From Minutocellus sp. GHC0000111 (taxonomy: Eukaryota), in the NCBI GenBank assembly GCA_977018835.1, contig OZ361256.1, positions 5,952,001 to 6,016,000 of the forward strand: 64,000 nucleotides of DNA, read 5' to 3'. Numbering within the stretch: position 1 is the stretch's first letter; each line of letters begins with the position of its first letter. A program made the position numbers and the translations under genes. Shown in pieces: positions 26,001-38,473 of the stretch. Below the pieces are notes generated by a model. That model was given only the letters and a program-made list of their open reading frames with translations, was not told the DNA's origin and made no database searches.

Positions 26001-26076
26001 CATGATGCTTCGGAGGATGAGATCGGAAAGCACCGAAGAGATTGAAAGTCGGAGCGCCGCTGCCAATCAGTGGTAG
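23063..26076 (+). CDS. Hypothetical protein with P/Y/A-rich N-terminus and coiled coil; interrupted by an in-frame TAG and a 3' frame change
   Basis: ORFs 23063-23674 and 23729-25510 share one frame, separated only by TAG 23672-23674. Protein-like sequence continues to 26076 in other frames. Confidence 0.6.
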
Positions 26077-26235
26077 ATCTATCTATCTTCTAAGTCTTCT
26101 ACCGGCTTTCTTTACCGGTAGCCCCTTCCTGTGCTATGCTGTGGTACGATAGGAGATCTAATAAAAATATATGTGTAACCTATTAGTTAAGTTTTTTTAG
26201 AACGGTATTACATGTATGTGCTCGTAATTCGATAA

Positions 26236-27905
26236 TCAATCCATCAGCGCCCAGTGTTCTCGTCTCTGCGAACGATTGTCATATTCGTCATTATCGTCGT
26301 ATTTCCGTCAATGGGAGCGGCTATGGCCACCATAGCCAGCGTAACCATCTCTACCATGGGAATGTCTGCCACCTGGTCCGCCGCCGCCGCGGCCGCCATA
26401 TCGCCTACCCCGTCCACCACGTCCTCTCCCACCTCGATAGTAACCGTCACCTCTGGCTCCACTGCCTCTGTACGTATAGTCAGAACGAGACTCATCCCAA
26501 TCAGTATTGCGATTCTGGCTTGCATACCACGGACGTTCAACGTTTGTATATCGTCTCGCATCGCCACCGTGGTATTCTTCATGGCTTTGGCTTCGTAGAG
26601 GAGGGGAGCTGCGACGGTAGGACGATCTTCGGTCTTGTTGCTGGTACGTTGTTGGGCGATCGTGGTATCCACCTGTCCGTCCCTGAAAGTGATATTCCAC
26701 CTTTTCACCGTTTGTGCCTTCTCTGGCGGTCTCATTATCAACGCATTCTTTTTCTCTTTGCTTTGTTCTGCTCTTGTCGATGATCCCTCCTTTTTGTCGA
26801 CCTTATCTGTAGATGTAGACGTAGACGACGATGAAGACTCCTCGCGCTTCTTCCTGAGATTGATCTCTTGAAACTTCTCCAGCAGATCGTGAAGCTCTTT
26901 TCGCTTGGCCTCCATGTCCAACCGCAAGTCTTCCTCTGGCAATTCCTTTTCGTTGGCGTCCCAGTAGGCATCCTCGGCCTTGGACAACGCGAGCCGAATG
27001 CTTTCTGCCTCGGCGTCCTGTTCATGCGTGAGGTGCTCTGCAGCGATCTTTCGATCCAAGATCTTGTCCACGTTTCGATAGTCGACGCCCTTGTTGGCTA
27101 GGACGATCTCGCGTGGCTTGGCATCGCCAAAGGGGTTGATTTTCTTCTTCTTCTGTGTTGTCGGGTTTTGGGTTTGGGCGGTTTTCGTGGCGTATGGACT
27201 GGTACTGGTAGACCTGGCTGGCCCTCCCGGATGGTTCAGCGCCACCAGATTCTCTGTATGGATGACCACTTCTTTCTCCAGTACTTGTTGTTCGATCTTG
27301 GAATCAACTTCTTTGGCATCAATGCCTTTATCAGCGAGAACTTCCTCGCGAGGTCGAGCGTCACCGAACGGATTGGCGCTGGGAGAAGAGTGAGGCTGAG
27401 TAGAGAGTGTGCAAGTGTGGTGGCTGAGATGAGTGTGGATGGTGCTGACCGAGGCGGTTTCATGCGTGTACTCGTCGTCGTCGTTATCGTTATTGTCCTT
27501 ATCAAAGGAGTACCGATGGTGACGGGGTGAATTGTGTGAATAATGCGAGTAAAAATGCGCGTGGTGGGCTGACGGAGGATGAATCGCTTGGGATGGTGTC
27601 AGCCGGCCGCGGCCTCCTTCTCCTCCGCCATTCATACTTTGGGAATGATACTCGCCTCGATCGCGATGAAAATGATACTCATTGTGATATCGTTGCGGTT
27701 CGTGGTAACTCTCCGCGGCGGCGGCGGCGGCAGCAGTAGCAGTGTCGCCATGCTGCTGCTCGGTCTTTGCCTTCTCGTCCAGCCTCGTGTCGATGGTACG
27801 ATAGTCGACGCCTTTCGACGCCAGGACGGCCTCCCGAGGTTTGGCGTCTCCAAAGGGATTCACTCTTCTTGTGCTGGTACTGCTGCTGGTGTTGTTGGTT
27901 GTCAT
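26236..27905 (-). CDS. Plant-type eIF4B-like RNA-binding protein with an RGG tail (frameshift ~26750)
   Basis: Three NPFGDA(K/R)PRE.VLA.KG(V/I)D repeats, a coiled coil, and an RGG/YRG-rich C-terminus in the 26308-26700 frame. Confidence 0.7.
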
Positions 27906-28337
27906 GCAGTGCTATTGCTTTGAATTTGGATTCTGATTCTTTCCTATTGTTCTGTTTGTAATTTTGCGGCTCTTGCTTGTTCTGTTGATTTGTGGGAAGA
28001 AGACAAGGAAGGGGCGATCGCGAGGTTGATGCCAGTTTGATGTCGCAAAAGCGGGCTTCTTTTCCAGCTCTTGCCGGGTGTTTTACAAAAGTCCTTTTGT
28101 TCCCAACATCTCATTCGTCTAAAATCAAGTGGAAATGTCGAAAAAAGCCTGCCGGTCAGAAACGTTAAAGGCAGCCCAACTCGTGCTCGATTTGAATTTG
28201 CGCTGGCTCTCTCGCCCGCCTCTTTGGCCAGTGACGGTTTGAATTCCCTTTGTCGTCAGTTGTTTTGCAATTCCAAATCCCCATAAGCAAGCAAGTGGAG
28301 ACAAGTGGACCGCAACGACGATCCATCAAGCAATATC

Positions 28338-31300
28338 ATGGCGAGGCTTGCATTCCGCCGACCGCCATTGTCACCGGCATCGTCGCCACCATCACCCCCG
28401 AGCGCCAAAGGAGGTAGCGGCGCAGCAGCGAGAAGCGGTACCGACGATATTACTCGCACCGACGCCACCGATAATACCAATACTGGCAGTAACAGTGCCG
28501 GCGAAGAGAAGATCGAGAAGACGAAGATGAAGGCTACTACTACTAGCAGTGGTGCGGCAGACGACTCCTTGTCGTTGGAAGGCGATGTCGATGATGCCAA
28601 CTCCACGACCTCCATTGAGGATTACGACCTCGGCTTCCTGGACGACATGGCGTGCGGGGTTTACAGGCCCATCCGCAAGCTGTGGGGCGTCCAGGCCATC
28701 GCCGGGCTGATCGGCGAGCAGTGCAGCAGCAGCAGCGCCAACAACCAGAGCACCGACGAGGCTGCCGCTGCTGCCGATGATGAGAACGAGAACGAGGCAA
28801 ATAAAGCCGTCGGCACAAGCAAAAAGAGTTCCGGCAAAGCCAACGTCAACTCCTCGCTGCTGCAGGACAGCACCAGCGTAGTCGACTGTGACCAGAGCCG
28901 CCGAAGCGTCACCAGCAGCAGCTACTCCGAAGTCAGCGGCGACGTGGAAACGACCACCAGCATCAATACCAGCACTAACACCAGTGCCAACAATACCAGT
29001 GCCAGCATCGACATTGACGTGTCGGCCGACCTCGACGAGATTGCCCAGCGGCAGGCCGACCTGCTCTACAACGAGCTGGCCCAGACCCGGCAGGAGGTGC
29101 TGCTGCAGAAGCAGCGGAGCATGAAGAAGAACAAGCAGGGAGGCGGTGGCATATTCAAAATGGGTCTGCTGGGACGAGGAGGTGGTAATGGTGGTGCAAG
29201 CAAGGTGAATGCCAACGTCAACGCAACCAGCACCAGCACCACTCCAAAGACTCGTCGCGGTCTATCCCTTCGCAAGAATAGTAACAACAACCACAATAAG
29301 AAGTCCAAGAGCAAGAGCAACAAGTCCAAGTTGAATGCCTCGGCCGACCGGCCCGTCCTTGCCGTTGTCAACGATTCCGGCATCGATCTGGTCAACGTGT
29401 CTCTTCAGCGCAAGAAGAAGGATAGTGATGATGCCAAGGCCGTCGATACCAGCGGCAGTACTGCTGGTACCACTACTGGCCGCAGTGCCACCTACAGCGC
29501 TACGCTCCGTCCCGAGGGGATGGACACCTCCATCGACCTCGTCGTCAAGACCGGGCCTGCTGCTGCTGCTACAGGTACTACCACTACATGTAGTAATGCC
29601 CACAAAGCTGCAACCGCAACCGCCGCTGCCGTCACTGCCACCACTAGCAATAACAAACAGGGACAAGCGGACAATGCAAAGAATGCCGGAGGTGGTGCAA
29701 CGGCGGTCGGATCCGCCCAGGCCAAGCTCGATGCCATCGCCACGGACGAGGCGCTCGCCAGCGTCTTCTTCGGTCCTGCCGCCCAGGCGGCCACCGCCCA
29801 GGCCCAGTACCTTGTCAAGGCCATGCAGGAGGATGCCCGGAGGTACTACCAGGAGGCCGTCGCCGCCGAAAAAGGTGGGGACGTCAAGGGGGCGCAGAAG
29901 TGGTACGGCCTGGCCTCCATGGCCCAGGAGAGGGAGGCCCAAGCCATGGGCATGGACATGGACAGGGCGGAGGCCGAGCAGAGCTTCATGGCGTGCGGTC
30001 TGGAGGTGCAGATGGCTCCCTCCACCCTTACCGACGGACGGAGCGTCGGCAGCACCACGGCCTTTGATGATGAAGACGAGGACGACGACGACGGTGGTAC
30101 CTTCGTGTCCATCACGTCCAATGATTATACTCATCAAGATGGTGCCGGTGCCGTTGATAACAAGGGCACCGGCATTCGTTCCGATGATCTTGGCCTTGGA
30201 GGCATTACCAGCTTTGGTGGCGGGGAAGCTTCTACTGGCCCTGCCCATACGCCTGCCCATGTCCGTCCGGCTGCTACCACGACTACAACTACATGTACCA
30301 CTACCGCTCGTGGCGCCAAGGCTACCTCTACCAGCTTCACGGTGGAGGACCCTACCTTCGTGCTGGAGATGAGCAGTATCGATGAAATGATGGCCTCCTT
30401 CAGTACCGACGCCAAGCCCGAGGCCAGTCAGAAGCAGGAAGAGAAGCCTGCAGTGTCGCAGATGGACAAGAACAAGAAGAAGCCGACCCAACCCACTGCA
30501 ATTGTTGAGGACGAACCCCCTCTGGAACGATCGGAGTTTGTAACTCCCGTCTTCAACCTGCTGGTGAGAGCGTATGGGGCCGAGCACTTTAGCGGCGACG
30601 ACCGGTGGGAGCGGGTCAATGTGATCCTCGATAGTTACAAGGGCCGGGAAGACAGGCTGATCCAATCCCTCCTCACAAAGGCAGCGGAACGGGAAACGAA
30701 GCAGAAGAAGGAGCAGAAGCAGCTGCAGGAGGTCGGTGTTACTGGAAACAAGTCTGGAGCCGAGACAAATATTACTGGCACACCATCGGATTCCTTCCAA
30801 CTTGATGTTTCCTCGATTGCTCCCGAAGCTGCCGCGACTTCTTCTACGCCATCTGAAGCACCACAGAAGCCCGACCTTTCGTTCAGAGACCTCGCTGCTC
30901 GTCCCATTGATGACGATGATTCGGTCTTTGGCGATTTGGAACAGAATGCCGTCGAGCGTGTCGACAACGCAGGGCCATCGGCTTGCTCTCCTCCTACCGC
31001 TGTCAATGCTCTCGCTCTCGGCAATTACGCCCTTTCACCTCCTCCAACCAAATCGGCCTATGCTTCTAGCAGGGGGTATAGTCCCCAAGGGAAAGCTACA
31101 GCGCCCAAAACTCCCTCTACGTTTGGAGTCAACTCGGACTCGGATTGTTCGCCAGCGCCCAATACTAGCATGCAGAGCAATGATTCATCCTCCGCCGCCT
31201 TTGACTTTGGCGGCTTTGCGTCAAGCAATCCGTTCAAGAGACTCGATTTTGCCGATCATGCGGATGATACGAACGCTGTCAGTGCTGGTAACCCGAGATC

Positions 31301-31556
31301 TTCCTCCCCTTTCAACTCGGACACGGACGGTGCAAATAATCAATTTGGATACACTCACGAGTATGCCACCGGGTCGCAAAAGAGTGGAGGATTTACCTCC
31401 ATGGTGGACAGTGAAGATGAGGAAAGCTCACCAGCCAAGCCAATGCGCCTGCCCAATCATCGTCGTGCCGGCCGAGCCTCGACGAGGCTCCGGTCCATCT
31501 TGCAGGGAGGTGCTGCGTCGGCGAAGGCCGAGAGTGCCTCTTTGCTGCACAATTAG
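28338..31556 (+). CDS. Large disordered hypothetical protein with a small helical 'YKGRE..L' module
   Basis: Long ORF of about 1070 aa; motif ERVNVILDSYKGREDRLIQSL at ~30610-30675. Confidence 0.75.
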   Translation: MARLAFRRPPLSPASSPPSPPSAKGGSGAAARSGTDDITRTDATDNTNTGSNSAGEEKIEKTKMKATTTSSGAADDSLSLEGDVDDANSTTSIEDYDLGFLDDMACGVYRPIRKLWGVQAIAGLIGEQCSSSSANNQSTDEAAAAADDENENEANKAVGTSKKSSGKANVNSSLLQDSTSVVDCDQSRRSVTSSSYSEVSGDVETTTSINTSTNTSANNTSASIDIDVSADLDEIAQRQADLLYNELAQTRQEVLLQKQRSMKKNKQGGGGIFKMGLLGRGGGNGGASKVNANVNATSTSTTPKTRRGLSLRKNSNNNHNKKSKSKSNKSKLNASADRPVLAVVNDSGIDLVNVSLQRKKKDSDDAKAVDTSGSTAGTTTGRSATYSATLRPEGMDTSIDLVVKTGPAAAATGTTTTCSNAHKAATATAAAVTATTSNNKQGQADNAKNAGGGATAVGSAQAKLDAIATDEALASVFFGPAAQAATAQAQYLVKAMQEDARRYYQEAVAAEKGGDVKGAQKWYGLASMAQEREAQAMGMDMDRAEAEQSFMACGLEVQMAPSTLTDGRSVGSTTAFDDEDEDDDDGGTFVSITSNDYTHQDGAGAVDNKGTGIRSDDLGLGGITSFGGGEASTGPAHTPAHVRPAATTTTTTCTTTARGAKATSTSFTVEDPTFVLEMSSIDEMMASFSTDAKPEASQKQEEKPAVSQMDKNKKKPTQPTAIVEDEPPLERSEFVTPVFNLLVRAYGAEHFSGDDRWERVNVILDSYKGREDRLIQSLLTKAAERETKQKKEQKQLQEVGVTGNKSGAETNITGTPSDSFQLDVSSIAPEAAATSSTPSEAPQKPDLSFRDLAARPIDDDDSVFGDLEQNAVERVDNAGPSACSPPTAVNALALGNYALSPPPTKSAYASSRGYSPQGKATAPKTPSTFGVNSDSDCSPAPNTSMQSNDSSSAAFDFGGFASSNPFKRLDFADHADDTNAVSAGNPRSSSPFNSDTDGANNQFGYTHEYATGSQKSGGFTSMVDSEDEESSPAKPMRLPNHRRAGRASTRLRSILQGGAASAKAESASLLHN

Positions 31557-31895
31557 ATCTAGATCTACAAAATGATATCATATCTTTATTTTTCTCTTAT
31601 AGTAATAGAGTTACCGGTACATATCTAGCTAGTTATCGGTAGACGTCTACTAGTACCGGTAGCTAGCTACGGTAGAACTGCAGATGCGTGGCACCTTTGA
31701 TCTCCTGAGCAGCTTCAAAAACAGCACGATTTTCTGTTGCGGAAAGCCAGCCGGCCAGCTGAGCCATCCGCCATGACTCACCAAAAATCCAAAAATTCAG
31801 CTGAGGCAAGATTTCACTTCGAAGGAACACACACCTCAACCAACCACAATATCTAAAACTCAATAAGAGTAGCAATGGTTCGATATTGCTGCATG

Positions 31896-32500
31896 CCATT
31901 TGCATTTGTTTTGGCCGCACATGCTGTGGAAGCGGCAGTTCCATCTGATACTAGTACCGCCGAGCTCGATCACCCGCCCACCGCAACAGCTCGTCGACTT
32001 CGTCGTACGGCCGGCGGCACCGAGTCTACAAACGTGATCGCACCATCTGATCTTCGAGCATCTTTTGCCGAGCGCGCTCTTCAAGGAGTATTCGATCAAA
32101 ACGATTTGATTGAGTCGGCCGACTCTTGTTCTGTACTCCTGGCGACTATGGTCAGCCGTTTGCAATCAACGTTTCCATAGACCAAACGCCGGCTTCTGTG
32201 CCTCCCGAAGACCAGTGCAGCAGTGCCTGCGACTGCAAGGGAAGATGCTGCTCAAACTCGCTGTATTACATCGACGCGCAAAGTGCTTTTGGCCCAGGTA
32301 GCAAGGAAGGTGGAGGCGGCGTATGCGTTGAAATTCCATCAGACATTACCGCCATCAGCACAACAGTTCAAGCATGCATGCATCTTGCATTCATCGCCTT
32401 TGCTTTCCAGCACGATGCCTGGCCGTCGCCCGGCTCATCCGATCAACACAACAAAAATGAGGCAGGTAACTGCGCTCAACCTCTCACAAACTAAACCGCA
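31896..32500 (+). pseudogene. Possible broken gene for a small secreted Cys-rich protein
   Basis: Signal-like MPFAFVLAAHAVEA, RRLRR motif, then Cys-rich fragments in shifting frames. Confidence 0.3.
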
Positions 32501-32574
32501 GCCCAGCAGCTCAAGCGTCTCAACAAAGCACCTCATCCACAAAGAATAGAGACCAAACTTGAAGCAAATCGACC

Positions 32575-33537
32575 ATGCCAGCCGCTGCCGAGACTGCCTC
32601 TCGCCTCGTCGTTGTGTCGGGTGCTGCCCGAGGCGTTGGACTCGGAATTTGCCGCCAAACGCTTGCCGCCGACCCTACTACGCAAGTGCTCTGTACCGCC
32701 CGAAAGCTGGAGCAGGCCCAGGCCTTGGCATCATAGCTCAACGCCAAGTATCCTGGTCCGCCCAAACGTGCGCATGCCGCTATGCTGGACGTCGCCGACG
32801 AGGCATCGTGCATGGCACTCGCCGAGTCTCTCAAGCCTGGCGGTTCGTTGGGAGATATTCGCAACCCGAATGATCCCCTTTTAATTGTCAATAACGCAGG
32901 AATCACTTTCGACCTCCCGTGGTTCCCTTCGCCATGGCCACCAGAGGGCGCGGCAAAGACTTTAGACGTGAATCTATTTGGTGCCGAGCGACTCACTCGT
33001 GCATTTCTGCCGCAGCTTTTGGAGAGTGATGACGGCCGTGCCATTTTTGTTTCATCGGGTGGCGGCAGAGCCAATATGGCTCGCATGTCGGAGGAGAATC
33101 GCAACAAGCTGCTTTCGGAGGACCTGGAATGGGAAGATGTTGTGGGTTTGACGCAGACTTTCACAAGGGAATATGAAGAGTTTGCACAGGCTGCCATCGA
33201 TGCCGAAAGCAAGGGCGAAGAAGATGTAAAGCATCTGCCTTACATGGCCCCCTCGGGCCTCTGGTTGCAAAGCTATGGATTCTCCAAGGCATGTATGGGC
33301 GGATACTGCAGCATCTTGGCTCGCAAGTACCCTTCATTATTGTCAATCACGTGTTCGCCAGGTTTCATAGCTACTGACATGTCCAGGACTTATGTCAAAT
33401 ACGACGAACTCAAAACAATTGACGAAGGTGGCGAGGTGATCGCTTGGATGGCAACGGAAAAGAGGAAGAAAATGCAGAGTGGTGTCTTTTATCAGCCTGA
33501 TCGTAAGGCTGTTGGTTGGGTTGCTGATCTAAATTAA
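32575..33537 (+). CDS. Short-chain dehydrogenase/reductase (carbonyl reductase-like) with an in-frame TAG at 32734-32736
   Basis: VVVSGAARGVGLG Rossmann motif, LDV, VNNAGI, FVSSG, YGFSK catalytic YxxxK, CSPGFIATDM. Confidence 0.85.
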
Positions 33538-33686
33538 TTACGTAGCGCTAGCTACTAGGAGGACTATCACGCTACCCCCAAGCGTGCATAAGATCACTGT
33601 CGTTGGTGTCTTGCCGGCCATGCCCACGCCTATTTTGGCCTTGCCTTACATCTTCGGATTGAGCACGAGATCGACGTGAGTTGCGG

Positions 33687-36600
33687 TTACCGCCATTGCT
33701 TCCCAAGCTCATCGAAGCCATCGAATACACGCTGTCTTCCGCCTCTACTGCCACTTCCGAGGCTCGCCAAATCTGAACCAAAATCAATGCCAGGAATTGC
33801 CGAGTGCCACCCCCGCCGCTGACGTGGTGGATTGCGTTCAACCTCGGCCAAAAGAATCTCAATTTCATTTTCAAGCTCGGCCAGGCTCAGCGCAGGGTCA
33901 AATCCTAAAGCGGTGAGATTTCTGGTTCGAACAAAAGCCCCTCTTCCATCCTGTGTGCCTCTTCGTCGCACAAGTCCTCCCGTCTCATTGGCTAGTAGAA
34001 TGGCAGGTGATGTGTATTTTTGATTCCTCCATCGTTCTCCGATACTCACCACGTCGGCAATATGTGTCTCGTTCGGTGCAGGCGGTTCTTTGTCAGGACC
34101 CTCCACTTGGAAAAGCGTCCACATAGGAAGCCTCCGGAAGAATTTTATGCTGAAGACAAAACAGACGATTGTCCCGCCAACCAGAAACACCATCCAGTAG
34201 CAAAACAGAAATCTCTTGATGGCTGATCCGGGAGTTATTGTAGAAAAGGCATCGACTGCACCGCGATATGCTTGGATCGCGTTCGCGTGTGAAAGGCATG
34301 GGAACACAAATGCTGCATGCGCCGGAGAAAATGGTTTGTTCACAATCGTGTTCCAACGTTTGCAGAGCCCCAAAACGCTCGACCAAACTCCAAGCACAGA
34401 GAGTACAGCCATTGTATGCATGCATGGCAAGTAAAATTTCCGATGCACCAAGAGAAATTGCTCAGGGTCTAGATTCGACTCGACTGCATAGCTCGGCGGT
34501 TGTGCCAGGAGGGTGAGGGTGTAGAGTACAATCGAAGGCCCAGAGATTTGAATCCAACAGACGGGCGCAGAAATTTTGTCCACCGTCCACACCCGAAACA
34601 GACTCATAGGAAACAGTGTAATTAAGGACACAAGCGACACAGCCATTAGAAATAAGCCAGGGTAGGGATAATATAGCCACAGCTTCACGGCGGGGTATCC
34701 AATGCCTATCGTATTCGGAAAGAACGACGGATCTGGCAGGGAATTGTAGGCTCGAACGGAGTACATAAACCAAAGTGTAAGAAGGAGATGCAGCCCGCCA
34801 GTGCACATCACGACGACTTTGCCAAATAATCCTCGGCCAGCAAAGACACACGCCGATGCCATGAATAGCAAACCGTACGGCGCGGAGCTCGTTGGATTCT
34901 CCAGGTCGTCCAGGATCACCCGGCCGGACGATGAACTTTATGAGCACAGAGACAATCATCAAGCCAGAAATCGAACTACAAGTGTAGTGAAAGCCCACGG
35001 CTATTCGATACCATTCTGAGTCATCTCGGCATTCGAAACAGCCCGGAAATTCTGGAAATGTGCATGCTAAGCTGTGGAAGTGCTTTGGCACGCAGCTGCC
35101 AGACATTTCCTCGTAAAACTTGAACCACACAACTCCCTGGGTCACCCACGACATTGCCATAGCACAGATGGTCAAAGGAAGATTCGAAAAGAAGGTTTCC
35201 GCAAGGACCAAGAACCTCACGATTCTCTTCCAGATATTGCCATGGAGTGTTTTGGTCTTCTGCTCAAATCATTTGTCACAAGATACATGGGAGAGGAAAC
35301 AAAAATAGGGCCTCTAAGTTAGTCAAAATATCTACAATAAAAAGATGACGCAGAGGATAAGTCCATATAGCAGAGCGATGACGAGAAGAATGAAGACGAC
35401 AGCCAAGCAGCTTACTCTAGCAACTCTTGCTTTCCTCGCATTGTCATCATTCTTTGTTCTATCAACATTCACAGTAATTGGAACGGCAGTCGGGAGGGTA
35501 CCATAACCAGCGCTGTATCCGTGCACCTCAGCCTCCATGGCCTGAACTCGGAGCAGCCTTCGGTTTTCGTCCTCCAATTCTCGGATGCGACGCAAATACT
35601 CTTCCTCCTTGCTTTCGGCCATGAGTGGCAGCGTCTCATGACGCACATCTCTCCCACGTTCCTCATCATCGGTAATCTCCTCCGAACTTATACTGGCAAT
35701 GGAATCCAGAGCTCCAGAAAAGTCTGTCCTCGTGCGAGAATGATTTGACCCGGCCGCCATAACAGCTGCCTGCTCCATGTTACCACTCCTTTGCATCTTG
35801 CGATGCCATTCGGTTCGCTTGAGGAAGGCTTGGTTTTTGTCGTGGTATCGTCTGGCTTCCTTGGCTAGCGCAGGATCCTCAATTGAGCCATAGCTGCCCG
35901 TTGTATTGGATTTGGACCCGCCGCCGCGCATCTTGTGCGCCAACTTGTTGAACCAGCCACCATTTCCTGCACTGGCGCCATCCCTTCTCTTTCGAGACAG
36001 AGGCGACCTGGGATGCTTGATCTTGGGAACATTGGACGGTGGCACATCACTGCGGCCATCGACTCCAAGCCCAGGGATCGGCGGCACATCGGCCCCGCTC
36101 GCTAATGTCGCCGGGCTACGATCACCGGGCAGTTCAGCGTATTCCATCCCACGGAGCCCACCTCCGCTTCTTGTTCCAAGAGTTGTATATGTCGATGCCG
36201 ATAATGATGAAAAATCTGACGGCGGCGTCTTAAGGATAGTGACTGCCCCCCTGGTTTTGGCCGGAGACAACGGTGGTTTTCGCATAGGACTCATGTTCGC
36301 AGAGGGTGGCGGCGGTGGCGGTGGCGGGACTTGAGGACCACCTTCCCGCTGACTGAGGCGGACATTGTACGGCAGCACCCTATCATCATTGATGTCGGCC
36401 TCATCATCATCATTAGCACCCACACCCTCACTGCCATTTCCACTGCTGGTAAGACTAGAGCTCTTCCCTCGCTCAACGTAGTCTGCCGATGGAGTCTGAT
36501 TGATTCCCATTTCCGATCCCCACCTCTTCTGATGTTGGTGCTCCTGTGGTGGTTGACTTGTCTGGTGCTGATGAGTGCCACCAGGCAAATACTGCCTAAA

Positions 36601-37386
36601 GGGCATCTGTTTGTGCTCTTGCAAATCTTTTGGCGTCGCATTACCGGAGCTGATGCCGTTACCGGCTGCATTGTTCGCAGTCAACGTCAACCGATGATTG
36701 CTCCGGTCCAACGCTCCGTCCGCTGTTAGTCCGCTGTCGACAGTACCGGCGGTACCAGCCCTTCCCCGATTGCCAGCAATGTGCCGTGGCGGTGGCAGAT
36801 CGTACGTGTAGTCCCCATCATTTGTTGGGTTGCTGCCCAGCCCATAATGAAAGACAACGCTCCCCATGCTGGAATCGTCGTCATGGAACGCAATGCCATG
36901 AGTCTGCCGGATTGCCGACGTAGATTCCGCCAGGGCCGTGGCGATGTAGGCCGAGTCGAGCGTTTCATTGCCGAGCGTTTCATTGCCCGCCGCGGTGTCT
37001 ACGGAGGGTTGATTCGACCGATGATGATGAGTGGCACCTGCAGCACGTTGCTGCTGCGCCGAAGCGTCGGATATTTGGCGGACGAGAGGAACACCGGCGG
37101 CACTAGAAGTAGCAGCAGTCGGATGAAGCGGCGGCAGGTCGGCGGACGCGGACAGAGTCGAACGGTGCTGCTGTGGACCAGGAGGTGCTTGTGGCGTCTC
37201 GACTTGTGGCCCAAGATTCGGACTGCCCCCTCCCCCGGGGGCAGATCCAGCGCTGCCACTCGAACGCCGGACCAGCGGTGGCCGTGCCGTGCTAGGGGCA
37301 GTAGTGGCATTGCCAGTATTGTTGTCAGCGTCATCTCCCCCGGCGCCGCCCTTTCTTCCGGAAGCGCTTGCCGCAATTGCCGTCAT
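33687..37386 (-). CDS. SLAC1/TDT-family (tellurite-resistance/dicarboxylate transporter) membrane protein with a long disordered N-terminus
   Basis: Multiple TM helices, PDPSFFPNTIGIG and FSPAHAAFVFP motifs. Intron ~35260-35415; frameshift ~34920. Confidence 0.75.
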
Positions 37387-37702
37387 TTTGGCTTGACTTT
37401 TATTGATTGGTTTTGGCTTGCCGATTTTTTTTTTCGCGGCCAATCACCACCCCCTGCACGTTAAGCACAATTCATCTTTCACTGGGAAATAGTTCAAGTA
37501 GCAGTCAATCGGCCGGCGCTGCTATTCTGATTTGACTTCGTCCTCGGCCCAAGTCGTCGCCTTTGGAGATACGCCCGACCAGCCAGGTACAAAAGATGTG
37601 TTGGTTTGGCTCGCCATTTATTTTAGTTTCCATGACGATACAATGACGTAGAACAATGTTGACCGGGCAGGCTCGCAAAATGAGTGGCGTTGGTCCGTCC
37701 CG

Positions 37703-37740
37703 TACCTAGGTAGGCCTAGGCCTACCTAGGTACCTAGGTA
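37703..37740. repeat. Cluster of nested TACCTAGGTA/TAGGCCTA palindromes
   Basis: TACCTAGGTAGGCCTAGGCCTACCTAGGTACCTAGGTA. Confidence 0.9.
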
Positions 37741-38023
37741 AGGCGCCACCAGAACTCGAAGGGACGAAGACCATCAACAACGTGGTGCCTGCCGCGCTAC
37801 CCAATTTGCATTCTCCATCCTTGCGCATTTGATCATTTGGGTCGATATTGTTTCAATATTTCGGCACAATATTCCCATTTTATTTCCAGCACATAATATC
37901 TTGCCGGAACCAGTCATTTGATCGTAACAACCCGAAGAGGCCCTTTGGACTTCCGCGTGTGCGTACGAGATAGGAGCTGAGTGAGAGAGGCAATCACGCA
38001 GTATCGCTTGAGAGTAATAAGCA

Positions 38024-38473
38024 ATGCCAGCCGAGGGAGGGCGGATGCCACCACGGAACGAGCCGTGTCCGTGCGGCTCCGGCAAGAAGTTCAAAAAGTG
38101 CTGCCTCTCCGAATGGGAAAAGGTCAACGACTCGAAGAAGGCCGCGAACAACGACAGTCCGCCGCCCAACCCGCGCAAGCGGTACCGATTCTCCGTCGGG
38201 GACAACGTCCTCGCGTACCACGACAAGGACTACCAGGCCGGAAGGATAGTCAAGCTGAATTACTGGGAACCTGGATGGACCGAGCCGGTGCCGTACCAAA
38301 TCCTCCTCGTCGATGGCAAGTACTGCGGACGGCTCATCTATGCACCCGCTGATGATGATCAGATGGTCAAGGCCCTTCCCGAGGACTTTGGCAAGCTCGG
38401 TAGCAACATCTACGTCAAGGCCGATCGGGGCGGTACCGTTGGAAAGCGGAGGCTGCGAACGCGGGGGTCGTAG
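38024..38473 (+). CDS. SEC-C zinc-motif protein with a Tudor/SH3-like domain
   Basis: RNEPCPCGSGKKFKKCC; RFSVGDNV...PYQILL.DG...LIYAPADDD. Confidence 0.85.
   Translation: MPAEGGRMPPRNEPCPCGSGKKFKKCCLSEWEKVNDSKKAANNDSPPPNPRKRYRFSVGDNVLAYHDKDYQAGRIVKLNYWEPGWTEPVPYQILLVDGKYCGRLIYAPADDDQMVKALPEDFGKLGSNIYVKADRGGTVGKRRLRTRGS

Noticed and set aside
29262..30800. 512-aa minus-strand ORF and similar antisense ORFs (3411-4154, 23042-23974, 56855-57505)
   Set aside because: Shadow ORFs of GC-rich sense genes, with no domain features.
23672..32736. Genome-wide UAG reassignment
   Set aside because: TAG terminates well-conserved genes here (cyclophilin 13522, ABC1K 22452, dapA 51138).
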